Source: Octopus vulgaris
Taxonomy: Eukaryota
Assembly (NCBI GenBank): GCA_951406725.2
Contig: OX597814.1
Span: 64,232,001 to 64,296,000 of the forward strand
DNA: 64,000 nucleotides
Direction of reading: 5' to 3'
Numbering within the stretch: position 1 is the first letter of the stretch; each line of letters begins with the position of its first letter. This document shows positions 24,951 through 36,854 of this stretch, piece after piece. The position numbers were made by a program, and so were the translations under genes. The notes under the pieces were generated by a model. That model had not been told where the DNA came from, did no database searches, and worked only from the letters and a program-made list of their open reading frames with translations.

Positions 24951-25818
24951 GACTAGAGGGTCAATTCACCTTCTTCTGAAGGTTTCCAAACGTGGAGGCA
25001 AACGCCTCGCGCGATATTAATCACTTTACACAACAAAATTTCACTGTCTAATCACAGATAACAACACGCATAGATTTCCGACACGTGTTCAAATCTTTTT
25101 TCTCTTCATTGTATACTTTATAGACAATAGGCTTTTCTTTAATTTAATTTTTTATTATCCATCTGGACTATTCCATTTCTGCACGCTAATTTTATTTTTA
25201 ATTTATTCTCATTCATGTGAAACCACTTATTCAAGTTCAAGTCATTGATTCAATTTTATACCAATTGCTATTTTTACTTTTGTTATGTTACGATTATATC
25301 ATACTTTAATTTGATTGTAATTATTACTTACTACATATAATTCAATTGTTATTATTATTTTTATTGTTAAAGTGAAAGTATCTGACATAAAATAGAGAAA
25401 TGTTTTTGTATCACTTTTAACACGTAATACTGATATAGTGGAGAAGATATGATATTGCTATGGGCTCGCTCTAGGCAAGAAGTTGAACTTTTTTTCCCAT
25501 GAAACTACATGGACCCTAAGTAAGGCATGTGTAAAATTTGAATGAAATTGGTTGAGTAGTTCTCAAGTTTTAGGGAAACACACAGACAGACAAACAGACA
25601 GACAGATAGGCAGACAGACACACATTCTCAGTTTTATATATATAAAGATATATATATATATATATAATAAAAATAAGCATCAATAATGTCTCCTCTTCTT
25701 GTTCCTTATTTTGATTATAATTATAATCACCCCACAGATTTTTATGGATAACACCATACAGAATTCTGGTGCATCTAAATTAAGTACCATATTCATTTGA
25801 ATCTAAATTTTTGCTGAA

Positions 25819-25864
<46 letters not shown>

Positions 25865-25935
25865 ATATCGTTGTTATTTTAAAGTGACGTAAGCCCAAAA
25901 TGTTGCTTTTCCAGAAAACGAAAAAATAGTTTTAC

Positions 25936-26070
25936 CATTCCATAGCAAAACTTTTGTGTTATCTTGGCATCTGAAGCAGCTGGAGATACGACAGTTTGAC
26001 CAAACGAACTAACTATTACAAGCAAAAATAAATACCGAAAAGAAATCGCGTTTGGCCAAATTTTGGACAT
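25936..26070 (-). CDS. Candidate first coding exon of a host secreted or membrane protein
   Basis: MSKIWPNAISFRYLFLLVIVSSFGQTVVSPAASDAKITQKFCYGM has a signal-peptide-like layout and ends at ATG|GTAAAA; non-repetitive context. No homolog recognised. Confidence 0.3.
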
Positions 26071-26228
26071 AGAGAGAGGAGGAGAGATAGGGACAAAAGA
26101 GACACAGCAAAGTGAAGCAAGCAGACATGAATATAGTAAGTTTGTCGTGTAGGAAACGATTCCTGTTGCACTAGCGTGCCGGAAGCAGATCAAGTATTTG
26201 TACACGGATGTATATGTATATGTGTGTC

Positions 26229-26260
<32 letters not shown>

Positions 26261-26292
26261 CATATGTGTGTAAACATATGTGATAGATAGAC

Positions 26293-26350
<58 letters not shown>

Positions 26351-26656
26351 CAGCAATGTCAGAACGTAAGGTGTTGATAAAACATATTTAATTTCTTAGA
26401 CTGCATTTTCTTGTTTGGGAACATCCTTCGTTATTTTCGTCTGTAAAAGTATTCACTAATTAAACTTCAGTATCCTTTTCACTGCGAATAACTGCAAGTC
26501 TCCATTGTGTCTAATTTGAGAACATTCAGGACCAATAAATTAAGTAGCTTTCAAATTCGAGAATTAAATATATTTCTTTACTGAATTTACCCTTATTTTA
26601 TGATTACCTATCTCAGAACGAGGTTCGAGGAGACTATACTTATAATTATTATTATT

Positions 26657-26699
<43 letters not shown>

Positions 26700-26701
<2 letters not shown>

Positions 26702-27222
26702 AGTGTATGCCATCATGGTGACACTGGGGTCAAATATACGAAGCCCAGTATACCCATCATGACTACCCGTCTGATAAGGGTACGCCAGGCATATGCATCA
26801 CAACCATATGTGCGTGACATGGTGATCTCATATCAAGATAAATTGCACATGACCTTGCAGGTAGGGCCCAGTAAGAAATTTCTTCTGGTCGAGTAGCCCA
26901 TCCCGCTCAAAAGGTCCCTGAATAAAGATTGTCTAAGGATGTTGAACGAACCACCCATGTTTCCAAAGGTGAATTATCCAAACCTCTAAGAATTCCTTTC
27001 AACACACGGCTATGATACTTCCCCACTACTCCTGATCATGATCAGAGATGCACATATCGTCAGCTACTAAGGGACATGGTCAACTGGTTAAGGTCAAACA
27101 ACTGACAAGGATATCTGAATATTTGCTGTAGCCCATCCGTTATACCAAGGCAAAACAATGTACATGATAACACTCCCAATCAGTTAAGATCAGAAGCCAT
27201 GAGAGCCATTGTGTGGAACTCC
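26700..27222 (-). mobile_element. ~530-bp non-coding interspersed repeat (copy 1; strand assigned relative to adjacent LINE)
   Basis: Reverse complement aligns along its length with 62497-63052; bounded by (TTA)n and (GA)n. Confidence 0.85.
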
Positions 27223-27235
27223 TTTATTATTATTG

Positions 27236-27279
<44 letters not shown>

Positions 27280-27282
<3 letters not shown>

Positions 27283-29035
27283 TAGTCTTATTCTTATAAC
27301 GTGCTTTCACTGCACTACCGAGTGCAGCTCTGCGTGCCTTGGGTATGTACTGTGGTTTGTTGTGATGCTCTGATGGTTACTGAATTGAAAGTGTTTTGCG
27401 TAGGATGTGTGCAGAGTCCAGTAGTGCAATTTTCTGTATGTTATATATGTTTGTAAGTCCTGGTGTTTTTTTTTTTATGTATTTATCTGAATATTTTTTT
27501 ATCATACCTAATGTACCCACTAAGATAGGAATTGTTTTTGTTTGTAGACTCCACATTCGAGTTACCTCTATTTCCAGGTTTTTGTATTTTTAAAGTTTCT
27601 CCATTTCTTTTAGAGAAACATTGTCATCTGTTGGCATTGATACATTAGTTAGAAAGCATTTTTCTTCATGATCTCTGACAACTGTATCTGGCCTGTTGGC
27701 CTTAATTTCTCTATCTCTGTGTATTGGCATATCCCAGAGTATGGTTGCTTTCTCATTTTCCGCGACCTTTTCTGGCGTGTACTTATACCATCTTTTTTTG
27801 TTGTTATTCCATAATGTTGGCATAGCTTCCAGTGTATGTAGGTCACATCTCTCTCGTGTCTATGAATATATTCCTTCTTAGCCAGGACTGGGCAGCCAGA
27901 GACAATATGATTTATTGCTTCTTGCCCATATCCACATATTCGGCAGTTACTTGTTATGTTTCTTTTCATTATATGTTTTTGATAATTTCTGGTGGGGAGG
28001 CTTTGGTCTTGTGCAGGAATTAAAAATCATTCAGTCTCTGCTTTGAGTCCTGAGCTTCTCAACCATTGTTGGGATTTTTCTTTGTCTATTTCTTTTGCGT
28101 TTAGTTTAACCCATTATTTGCCATGAAGGGGATCTTCTTGCCATCGTTTTATCATGATACGTTACTGTTCAAGTTTTAGCTTGGATTTCATTTGTTTTAC
28201 AGCTTTTATTGTTTCTTCGTTTTCTTCATAGTTGTTAGGTAGTATGACTTCTTGTTTGTATTTGTCAGCTTCCTTAAAGACTAAAAACAGTTTTTCGTTT
28301 TGTTCGTGTTTTGTGGCTATTTGTATTAGTTTTCCTTGCTTCTGAAGTATTTTTGTAGTCCTACAGTGGTTATTTTGTAATAGTTTTCTCGCTTTATAAG
28401 GCCTCTACCACCTTCTATACGTTGTATGTATAACCTATCTATGTCAGATTTTGGGTGGTGCATCCTAAATCCTGTCAATATGTTTCTTGTTTTCCTGTCT
28501 TTTTTTATTGGTTCATTTAGAGTCCAGTTAAGAATATTGTAGCCGTAACTTATAACTGGAGGGCTAGAGTGCTGATATTTATTATTTTGTTTTTCGCACT
28601 GAGCTCTGTTTTTAGTTTTAATCTAACTCGTCTATAGCATTCCTTTCTATCTTCTCTTTCATTTATGCTTTGTATCGTACCTAGTTCATTACTTGTCTTT
28701 GGTCTAGTTCTGTTATTTCCTTTGCTTTATCTAGTGTGATGTTGTTACTCTTAACTAGTTTTCCTCTTTTCAAGGTAGCTTTGGCACATTTTTCTAAGCC
28801 AAATTTCATATTTATTTCTTTTGTAAATCCATGTACTGTCTGTTTATCATTTGTAGCATACATCTTTAGATGATAGTTAATCGTTTTGGTGTAACAGTTG
28901 TATCCACATCCAGTTCTGTTTAACATGTCAGATAAAGGTGTCAGTGCCAAGCAGAAAATGAATGGAGAGAGCGTGTCTCCCTGGAATATTCCTCTTCTAA
29001 TAGGGATGGCTTTGGTTTTTATGAGTCCCTCTTTT
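27280..29035 (-). mobile_element. Decayed 5'-truncated R4/Dong-like LINE (RT, CCHC, restriction-like endonuclease)
   Basis: Fragments LKMYATND, KFGLEKCAK, CRICGYGQEAINHIVSGCPVLAKKEYIHRH, ILWDMPIH and ANRPD; 3' end abuts (TAA)n as in Dong elements. Confidence 0.85.
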
Positions 29036-29039
29036 TGTC

Positions 29040-31150
29040 TGGAGTCGTACCAGTATCTGCCATTTATTCATGGAGTTTACTTCATGCCTGGACGGCCTAC
29101 CACGGCTCTCCGTAACGGGCGCGAGATTCTATGAAGTGCCGATTACTGCCACTGAAATAGTGAAGGCGATGAGCGATTGCACAAGTCGCAAATCGCCCGG
29201 TTTGGATGGTCTGCCCTACGAATTCTATATATTTATGCCAGATTTGTTTCGCATCCTCTTGGCAGACGTCTACATTAACTGGTGGCAAAACGAGAGAATT
29301 CCTAATGCTGTTGTCCGGGATGTGGTAACACTTAAGAGAAAGGACGTTGACAACAGAGACGTGCTAGGAAATTTTCGGCCCATAACTCTGCTAAACACAG
29401 AGTTTAATATTTTGGCTGTCCTTGAAGTTGTCGGTTTCGGGCTTGTTTTCAGAGGTTGGTTTACTGCAATGCACAGTGGTACCTGCTCGGTGGTCAAAGT
29501 AAATAGCCACCTATCGGAACCGTTTAGTATCGCACGTTCGGTCCCTCTAGGCTGCCCGCTCTCACCTCTTCCTTATGTGCTGACACTCGAGTCACTGCTA
29601 CGTAAGCTGGAACAGTCAAGAGGCCTCTCTTTCGAAATTGGACTTGAGAGGGCAATGTCGGCGTACATGGACGACGTCACCGTCATGGTGTCGGACGCCT
29701 CCGAAGTGGAGATGGTCGGTTTCATTGTAAGCGAATAGGAGTCGGTTACAGGGGCCAAAATCAACGCCGACAAGCCGGTGGGATTGCGACAGGGTACCTG
29801 GGGAGGCAAATCAATGCTGTCGGGTGCTGGACTGACGGACTAGTTAAACTACTTGGCTCTGGTTTGGTCCCGACTTTCAGGTGGATAAGAAATGGGAAGA
29901 GGTAACAAACAGGGTGGCCTGTCTTACCCAGAAATGGGCAGAGAGGAATTATCTCTGAAAAGTCGGACAGAGATGGCGAATACCTACATTGCCTCTATCG
30001 CTATTTATCGTGTGAACGTCGAGCCTTGCCCCAGTTACTGCTTCATTAGATTGGAGCGTATCCTAGTAATTTTCTTGTGGAAAGGAATGGTCAGGCGGTC
30101 GGTCTGCTGCCAATTACCTTTGCGTGGCGGCTTAGGCACACCATGGCTTTTGATGCGCAGACACGCACTCAGGTTGCACCACCTACAACGGTTTCGAGAA
30201 AGTGAACGTGTGTGGGCTAGTTTGTAAGACACGCATTTCTGCAGCTCGTCACCTTAACGGGGCTGCAGCACTGGGTAACGGATAGGTCGAGACTGGGTGC
30301 CTGGCACTTAGAATGTCGTCAGGCGCTCACTGTCCTCTACAAGTCGGGCAATAGGATGTTCCACTTTAGCTATATGCAGAAGATTAGTAACGGGAAGCGC
30401 AACGACGTCTTCGGGGAGACCCTAGGCGTCGACGAAGACGAACTGGCAAGTCTATTCCGGAGGACTTTCCGGTCGGGTACTATTATGGATAATTTTTAAA
30501 TGTCTTTGGCCTGGCAGTGCTACTGGGGGAGGCGCTACCGGTTTGAGATAAATTCTGTAGGCACGGATGTGCTGTCAGACGAGCTTGTCCGAGGTGCTCG
30601 CAGAGCGACGAAACTGTAATGCATGCACTAGTTCAGTGCCCGGGCATTGCTGATTTGTGGAGTTATGTCGAACAGCTGCTGTCGCGTGTGGGACGGATCC
30701 CTCTGTCAGCCGAATCCATAACATTGATTGTCCTGCCGCCCTCCTTTAATCGGGCAAGCAAAGCAGATTTTCCGGTGGCTGTGGCAAAAGAGGATGTCTT
30801 GTTGGCGAGGCAGAAAGGAATGAGGACAGAAACACTCCTCTTTGGTAAAGCCCTCATTGACTTTTTCAAGTTCCACTTGAAAAGGAAAGGGAGGGTGGAG
30901 AGGGAGGGGCTGTCCCCGAGTGAATTTATGAAAAGGTGAGTGAAAGTTGCGAAAATGACAAGAGTGAATGGTACCACTCCCAGTGTAGACCTGTGAGTCG
31001 GAAGAAAGGAGTTGGAGATGGCACTCGTCCTAGGTATTCAGGGTGATCTTGGATGGTGGAGTTCCTCGATTATCCCTAGAGATCCTCCTGTACCAGAGGG
31101 GGGGGGCATCACTATCACTTTCCCCCCTCTTCTTCTAGTGTCGTATTCTA
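29040..31150 (+). pseudogene. Decayed Tx1/L1-clade ORF2 (RT to C-terminus), related family
   Basis: KSPGLDGLPYE, FRPITLLNTE, GCPLSPL, AYMDD, GGLGTPWLLMRRHALRL and HALVQCP, colinear with ORF2 at 9228-5836; internal deletion and stops. Confidence 0.9.
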
Positions 31151-31189
31151 TGTACAGCAGACTGTTAGAAGTGAGTTTTTTGAACGATC

Positions 31190-32001
31190 TTGTGTACTTT
31201 GCCTCCGGAATGTCACGCAAGAACATTCAGCAAAAGTCCCCCATGATGCTGAGGTTCCATTTGCCTTGGTAGTTGCTCTCAATCTTAGTAATATCTTGTT
31301 GGAACCTTTCACTATGCTCATCACTCACTGCTCTGAGCTTCGGCGGGAAGAATTTGAAGTAGGAGTGAAGAAGGTGAATTTTGAGCGACATTCGGCATCC
31401 CATATCCTCATAAGATTCTAACAACTTCTCGATACACTCTTGGTAATCTAGTACCCGTGTTACTAAGGAAGCCATGGCAGACTGACTTAAATGTTTCTCA
31501 TGCTCTCAGTTCTTTTAAGGTAATAAGCTTCTCAAAGTCCTTATCCTTCAACACCTCTCGGATCTAAGGTCCAACGGAGATGGCCTTCCTGAGCGTAGCA
31601 GAACTGCATGCACAAGTGTTGGAAGGTAGCGCAGTTTTGTCCATGGCCTTCACGAAATTCTTCATTAAACCAAGCTTCATATGAAGAGGAGAACGAAGCA
31701 TCTTGTTCATGTCCACCGGAGTAATATCCTAAATGAACCAGGACTACTTGATTCGAGCATGTAGATGATCTAAAGTTACTATATGCTATTATATATCTGT
31801 TTCTTTATAAACATAAATCAGTCATCAAATATCTTACGCACCCTGTATATGGTTGCGTGAATTGTTGCAAAACCATAAAAATGTACATCTGAAAAACTAG
31901 GGGTGATGAGTGAAAACTGGTTTTGTATCTGAAATCAGCACCCAAAAATTAGACTAGAACAACTATTTTTATGTTTGCTTCAATTTCTTTGTAAACCAGT
32001 G
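31190..32001 (-). mobile_element. Internally deleted Chapaev3-like (CMC superfamily) DNA transposon
   Basis: GCRMSLKIHLLHSY..AVSDEHSERFQQDI..YQGKW..MGDFC matches the C-terminal motif of this transposase family; terminus CACTGGTTTAC at 32001. Confidence 0.7.
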
Positions 32002-32192
32002 TTATTATTATGCTGGTCTTTTCAATAATTTCTTTCTATTTTCGCCATTCTTCTCTATCACATAGTGTGCAGTTGTATTGACATACGAAGCTTACATAGA
32101 AACATACATCAATACACACATATACATATAATACACGCGTGTATGTCTGTCTGAAGGTAATGATAAAGTTACCTTCCTGAGTAATGTCGTTG

Positions 32193-32406
32193 CATAAGGA
32201 CCGGTTTCCATGACGTATAAATTTCCCACCTGGTCGGGACGCCGGTCCGTCGCAGGACTACTCATTTTTGCCAGCTGAGTAGACTGTAGCAACGTGAAAT
32301 GAAGTGTTTTATTCAAGAGCAGAACGCACTGCGTGCTCCAGGAACTGAAACCACAATCTTACGATCATGAGTCCAACAGCCTAACCACTGAGCCACACGC
32401 TTCCAC
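32193..32406 (-). mobile_element. tRNA-derived SINE with V-domain-like segment
   Basis: Minus strand GTGGCTCAGTGG A box, GGTTTCAGTTCC B box, and CCTGCGACGGACCGGCGTCCCGACCAGG resembling the V-SINE domain. Confidence 0.65.
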
Positions 32407-33832
32407 TGTCTGTCTATTCTTATTATGAAAACGGTAAAACCCTCGATGCACTATTATATCTCATGTGTGTAGAATCTTTATAAATTTCTCTCTCTCACAC
32501 TCTCTCCCTTTCTCTCTCTCTCTTTCTCCACGTATTTCTCTCTTTCTGTCTCCAGCGATACACACACACTCGCATACACACACACAGACGTGTGTCAGGT
32601 ACAAATAAATGCCAATTATTTCGACCTCATAGAATTAAAAGACTCTTTTGTTGTTTTATTTTGAGTTCTTATTTTTTTTTTTACCTTTCCTCTCCAAGAA
32701 TTTTTTCTTCTCTTTCTCTGGAACTGTTGAATTAATTGCAGTAAACACTCGCACATGAACATTCAGCTACAAAAACTTGTGCATAAATATACCTAAATGG
32801 GCGCTCGCGCATGTGTGTTTATGTGTGCACCTGTATGTGTGTATTTGTTTGTTTTGTGCGCGCATACATGCGCGTGCGCACACACACACTCACACACACA
32901 CACATACTCAAATACTCACACACGGACATACATATGTAAACACTCATACAAATATATTTTGTTTGATAGTGCATTGTGGCTGTTTGTACTTCGCTTAAGG
33001 TTGAGACAGGTCCCCTTTACAAATATTCTTCATACTTTTCTCTTAATCTAAATCCTAATAAAATATGAGCTACGGGCATCTCAAATATGATCTTTTATAT
33101 ACGGAATATTTATTGCTCGGAAAAATATCCAAGTGGTTCACTTTTTTAAAATTCCTATCATTCTTAATAGCAAGAATGCACACTCAGTTATATATCACTT
33201 TCAAATAAGCAGTTATGAAAAAAAGATATATATATATATATAAAGAGCAGTAGTTATAGCGATAACATGAATAATACCGAAAACTACAATAACAGTGTAA
33301 CAAAACAACAACAACAACAACACGAACAATAACAGCAACACCAGCAATAGCACCAACACCACCACTGCCAGCAGCAAGAACAGTATCAAAAAATGTGTAC
33401 TGTGAGTGAGAGAGAATTTGAATATTGAGGAAAATGGTGTGGTATATATATATATATTAGATATATTAGTAGACAAAATAAAGTGTCTGGAAAACTAAAC
33501 CATTTGCTTAAGAATGTTTTGGTTTTTTCTTTTGTTTTCTTTTGTCTTCTTTTAGCGAATGTAAAGAATCATTCTCAGTTAGCTCCGGTTATCTACCTCC
33601 TTCCCTCCCTCACTCTCACACTCTCTATCACTCGCTTTGAGCACGCGTGTTCTCTCATATAACAATATACACAAATACCATGTGTGTGTGTGTATTCATT
33701 CATTCACACACACACACATACACACACACACATATGCATATGAATGTATATACTTACATATACTCAAATACGTATATATATATATTAATATGTATACATA
33801 TATATATATATCATATATATGCATACACACAC

Positions 33833-33906
<74 letters not shown>

Positions 33907-33916
33907 TGATAGATAT

Positions 33917-33980
<64 letters not shown>
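33833..33980. repeat. (GATA)n microsatellite
   Basis: Direct read; similar arrays at 26282-26350 and 40590-40700. Confidence 0.95.
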
Positions 33981-33981
<1 letters not shown>

Positions 33982-34316
33982 CATAAATATGCATGATATA
34001 CTTATATCCTATTACTAAATAAGTCTTGTTTATAAAAGAACAATTAGTTCACCTTTATATTACTCTTCAGTTAAATGTAGCGAACGATATACATGGACGT
34101 ATACTGTTAAGTATGTTGCTCATGGATTTGCATTCAATTCCAAGGACAGGATATGTGTCCTCCCCATGAGTTGAAGCGAGCAAACTGAGAGCGCTTTTTA
34201 GTTTCTCTGACTTATATGTGTGTGTGTGTGTGCGTGTGGTGTGTGTGTATGTATGTATGTGTGTGTGTGTGCGTGTGTGTGTTTGTATGTGTTTGTGTGT
34301 GTGTTTGTGTGTGTGC

Positions 34317-34349
<33 letters not shown>

Positions 34350-34546
34350 TTTTGGAGAATTCTTGATTTTTGAGATTCTCCTCTTCTCATTCGGAGCTGA
34401 TCTCAATTGACACCAAACACCTGCTCCATTGTCCTTTGACAGAAATAATTTCAATGAAACAAGAATCGTTCTGGTATGGTATTTCATATATCCTTATTGG
34501 CTTTGTGGTTCTGGGTGATTTGACTTAGCTCATTCAACACACACAA

Positions 34547-34684
<138 letters not shown>

Positions 34685-35181
34685 ACACGTTGTTTAGTAA
34701 ATGGTGAATGATGCATAGTGGTAGTAACTAATCAGCTTTTGATAATGTATTGCACACGGTTGACAACAACCCTTTGCTCTGTAGTCACCAGTTGATGCAG
34801 TTGTTCGTTTACTACAAGAAGTTACTAAATCTATCTCAAATCGTACCCTGATCTCTTCAAAAAATGTTATGGTCCATTAGAAAATATGTTTCTTCACATA
34901 TTACATATGTTATAAACCAGGAGTATTCAAGTGTTATTTGATCAGTGTTGATCTGAGGTTAAACAACAAATAGAATATGTGAAGATAGATAACTACTAAA
35001 TAAAAACACATTAGCTTCTATTGTACAAAACTCATATTTTAAACGGTGTTGTACAATCTGAGTTCATGATGTTCATGTTTTTCTTATTCATGAAATGAAT
35101 GGGCTTTGATTGAGAACTGAACACTCGTTGAGTGTTTTTTATACCGAGAACAAACTTCTCTCTCTCTCTGTCTCTCTTTCC

Positions 35182-35272
<91 letters not shown>

Positions 35273-35429
35273 GATATAGATATATGGAGGAGGAGATTTC
35301 CGGTTAAGTTTAGATGCAAAAGAAACGCCTTAGGAAATAAGGGAACACAGGGCAAGGTGGAGGCTATTTCACTTAAACGATCTCATGATTCGACTAAGGT
35401 TTTTTTCAGAGTAGTGATATTTTTGTAGG

Positions 35430-36854
35430 AAACTCATGAAACATTACTTTCTAGAATAGACCAAATAGCGAAGACCATAGGGTTGGCGTCTATGCTGGAG
35501 GGCAGCTAAACATTCTTGTCCTAGAACCCGCTGAAATGACTCCTGCATCATTGCTTATCACACTGGGCGTATGAGAAGGGGAACCGTCTTACGTGAACAC
35601 GTAATTATCTCTAAATGTTTTGGTCACCCACATCAAAACATCATCCATTAACATTTTCGTGTAAATTACCGAACTGACCGCCGTCTCTTCTTTAATAAAC
35701 ACTAGAGGGGATTTTCCACCATCAGATGACACTGCCACCCAAACTATCACTCCGGTGAGCTTCATTCGACGAAACACCTTATGGGTGCCTTCGGGAACAG
35801 CATCCAACGTCGTGGTCAAAATCCTGTCATTCTGGGTGTCCGCTACAGCCTTCACAATGAATAAATCTTCGTTCGATTAGATGAAAACATTGTCACCAGC
35901 GCTCTGAATCTTCTCCGCCACTTTCTTGCACCTGTCCAGTCGCATTACTTTGGAAGCGTCCGAAATTAGGTGTCGATGTTGCAGTTTTAATGACTTACTA
36001 TTTAAGTTTTCATGCATGACCCGTCGCATAATTGTCTGTGGGATATCGAGACTTTTAGCCATTTGCCTCATGTTCCGCTGTGGGTTTCGCTACGCTCTCT
36101 TTCGGACGACATTCACCAATTGTTTCGTCCTTATGGATCGTTTTCGACCAAGTTTGCTGTCGATTGAACCTGTCTCATGACATTATAGACTGTTCTGGGA
36201 TCATCACCAACTCTTGAAACCAAGTCTTTGGTGCAATGTCCTGCTTTTTTCAGAATTACAATCTCACTTCGCCATATTGAAACGTTTTACTCGCTGAATG
36301 TATAGGCGCAGGAATGGCTGTGTTGTAAGTAGCTTGCTTACCAACCACATGGTTCCGGGTTTAGTCCCACTGCGTGGCACCTTGGGCAAGTATCTTCTAC
36401 TATAGCCTCGGGCCGACCAAAGCCTTGTGAGTAGATTTGGTAGACGGAAACTGAAAGAAGCCTGTCGTATATATGTATATGTATATATATATATATGTGT
36501 GTGTGTGTCTGTTTGCGTCTGTGTTTGTCCCCACAACATCGCTGGACAACCAATGCTGGTATGTTTACGTCCCCGTAAGTTAGTGGTTCGGCAAAAGAGA
36601 CCAATAGAATAAGTACTAGGCTTACAAAGAAGAATAAGTCCTGGGGTCGATTTGCTCGACTAAAGGCGGTGCCCCAGCATGGCCGCAGTCAAATGACTGA
36701 CACTAGTAAAAGAGTAAAAGAGTAAAACAATGGAGTGTACATGAACAATTAAATGCCATGGGGCGTATTTGAATTATTTTGGGGCAATTTCTTACTAAGT
36801 TAAATAAAATAAACCTCTTTAAACAATCGGGAACTCTTTACGGTGCACCCTGTA
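35430..36854 (-). mobile_element. Decayed Tc1/mariner (maT-like) transposon interrupted by a SINE
   Basis: TA|CAGGGTGCACCG terminus near 36854; fragments VIVWVAVSSDGGKSPLVFI, NYVFT and LPSSIDANPMVFAIWSILE. Confidence 0.75.
36303..36727 (+). mobile_element. tRNA-derived SINE with internal (TA/TG)n and GTAAAAGA tail repeats
   Basis: Degenerate A and B boxes, GGCACCTTGGGCAAGT core-like motif, terminal (GTAAAAGA)2; a degraded minus-strand relative lies at ~56520-56740. Confidence 0.8.

Larger units (their letters stand above)
10849..25086 (-). repeat. Tandem array of eight ~1.78-kb ORF1-only non-autonomous retroelements
   Basis: Unit starts on + strand at 10849, 12630, 14409, 16189, 17971, 19751, 21527 and 23306 (periods 1776-1782). 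Each unit has a LINE-like 3' tail, ~240-nt 3' UTR, ~1.4-kb ORF1, ~125-nt 5' UTR and TTTCCGACACGT. Confidence 0.95.
3621..25648 (-). mobile_element. Non-autonomous Helitron (~1.04 kb when empty) split by the retroelement stack
   Basis: On minus strand: 5' end A|TCTTTATATATATAAAACTGAG then (GTCT)n and AACTACTCAACCAATTTCATTCAAATTTT (25648-25530). 3' end has an imperfect hairpin GACTCGGCAACGACGGGTC then CTAG|T (3650-3620). That both halves are one element is inferred from orientation and position. Confidence 0.7.

Noticed and set aside
10849-25086. Telomere-maintenance role like HeT-A/TART
   Set aside because: No (TTAGGG)n or chromosome end seen; the array is interstitial with ordinary DNA on both sides. 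The analogy is architectural only.
10837-25086. CRISPR-like repeat-spacer array
   Set aside because: Eukaryotic DNA; the intervening units are near-identical coding elements, not unique spacers.
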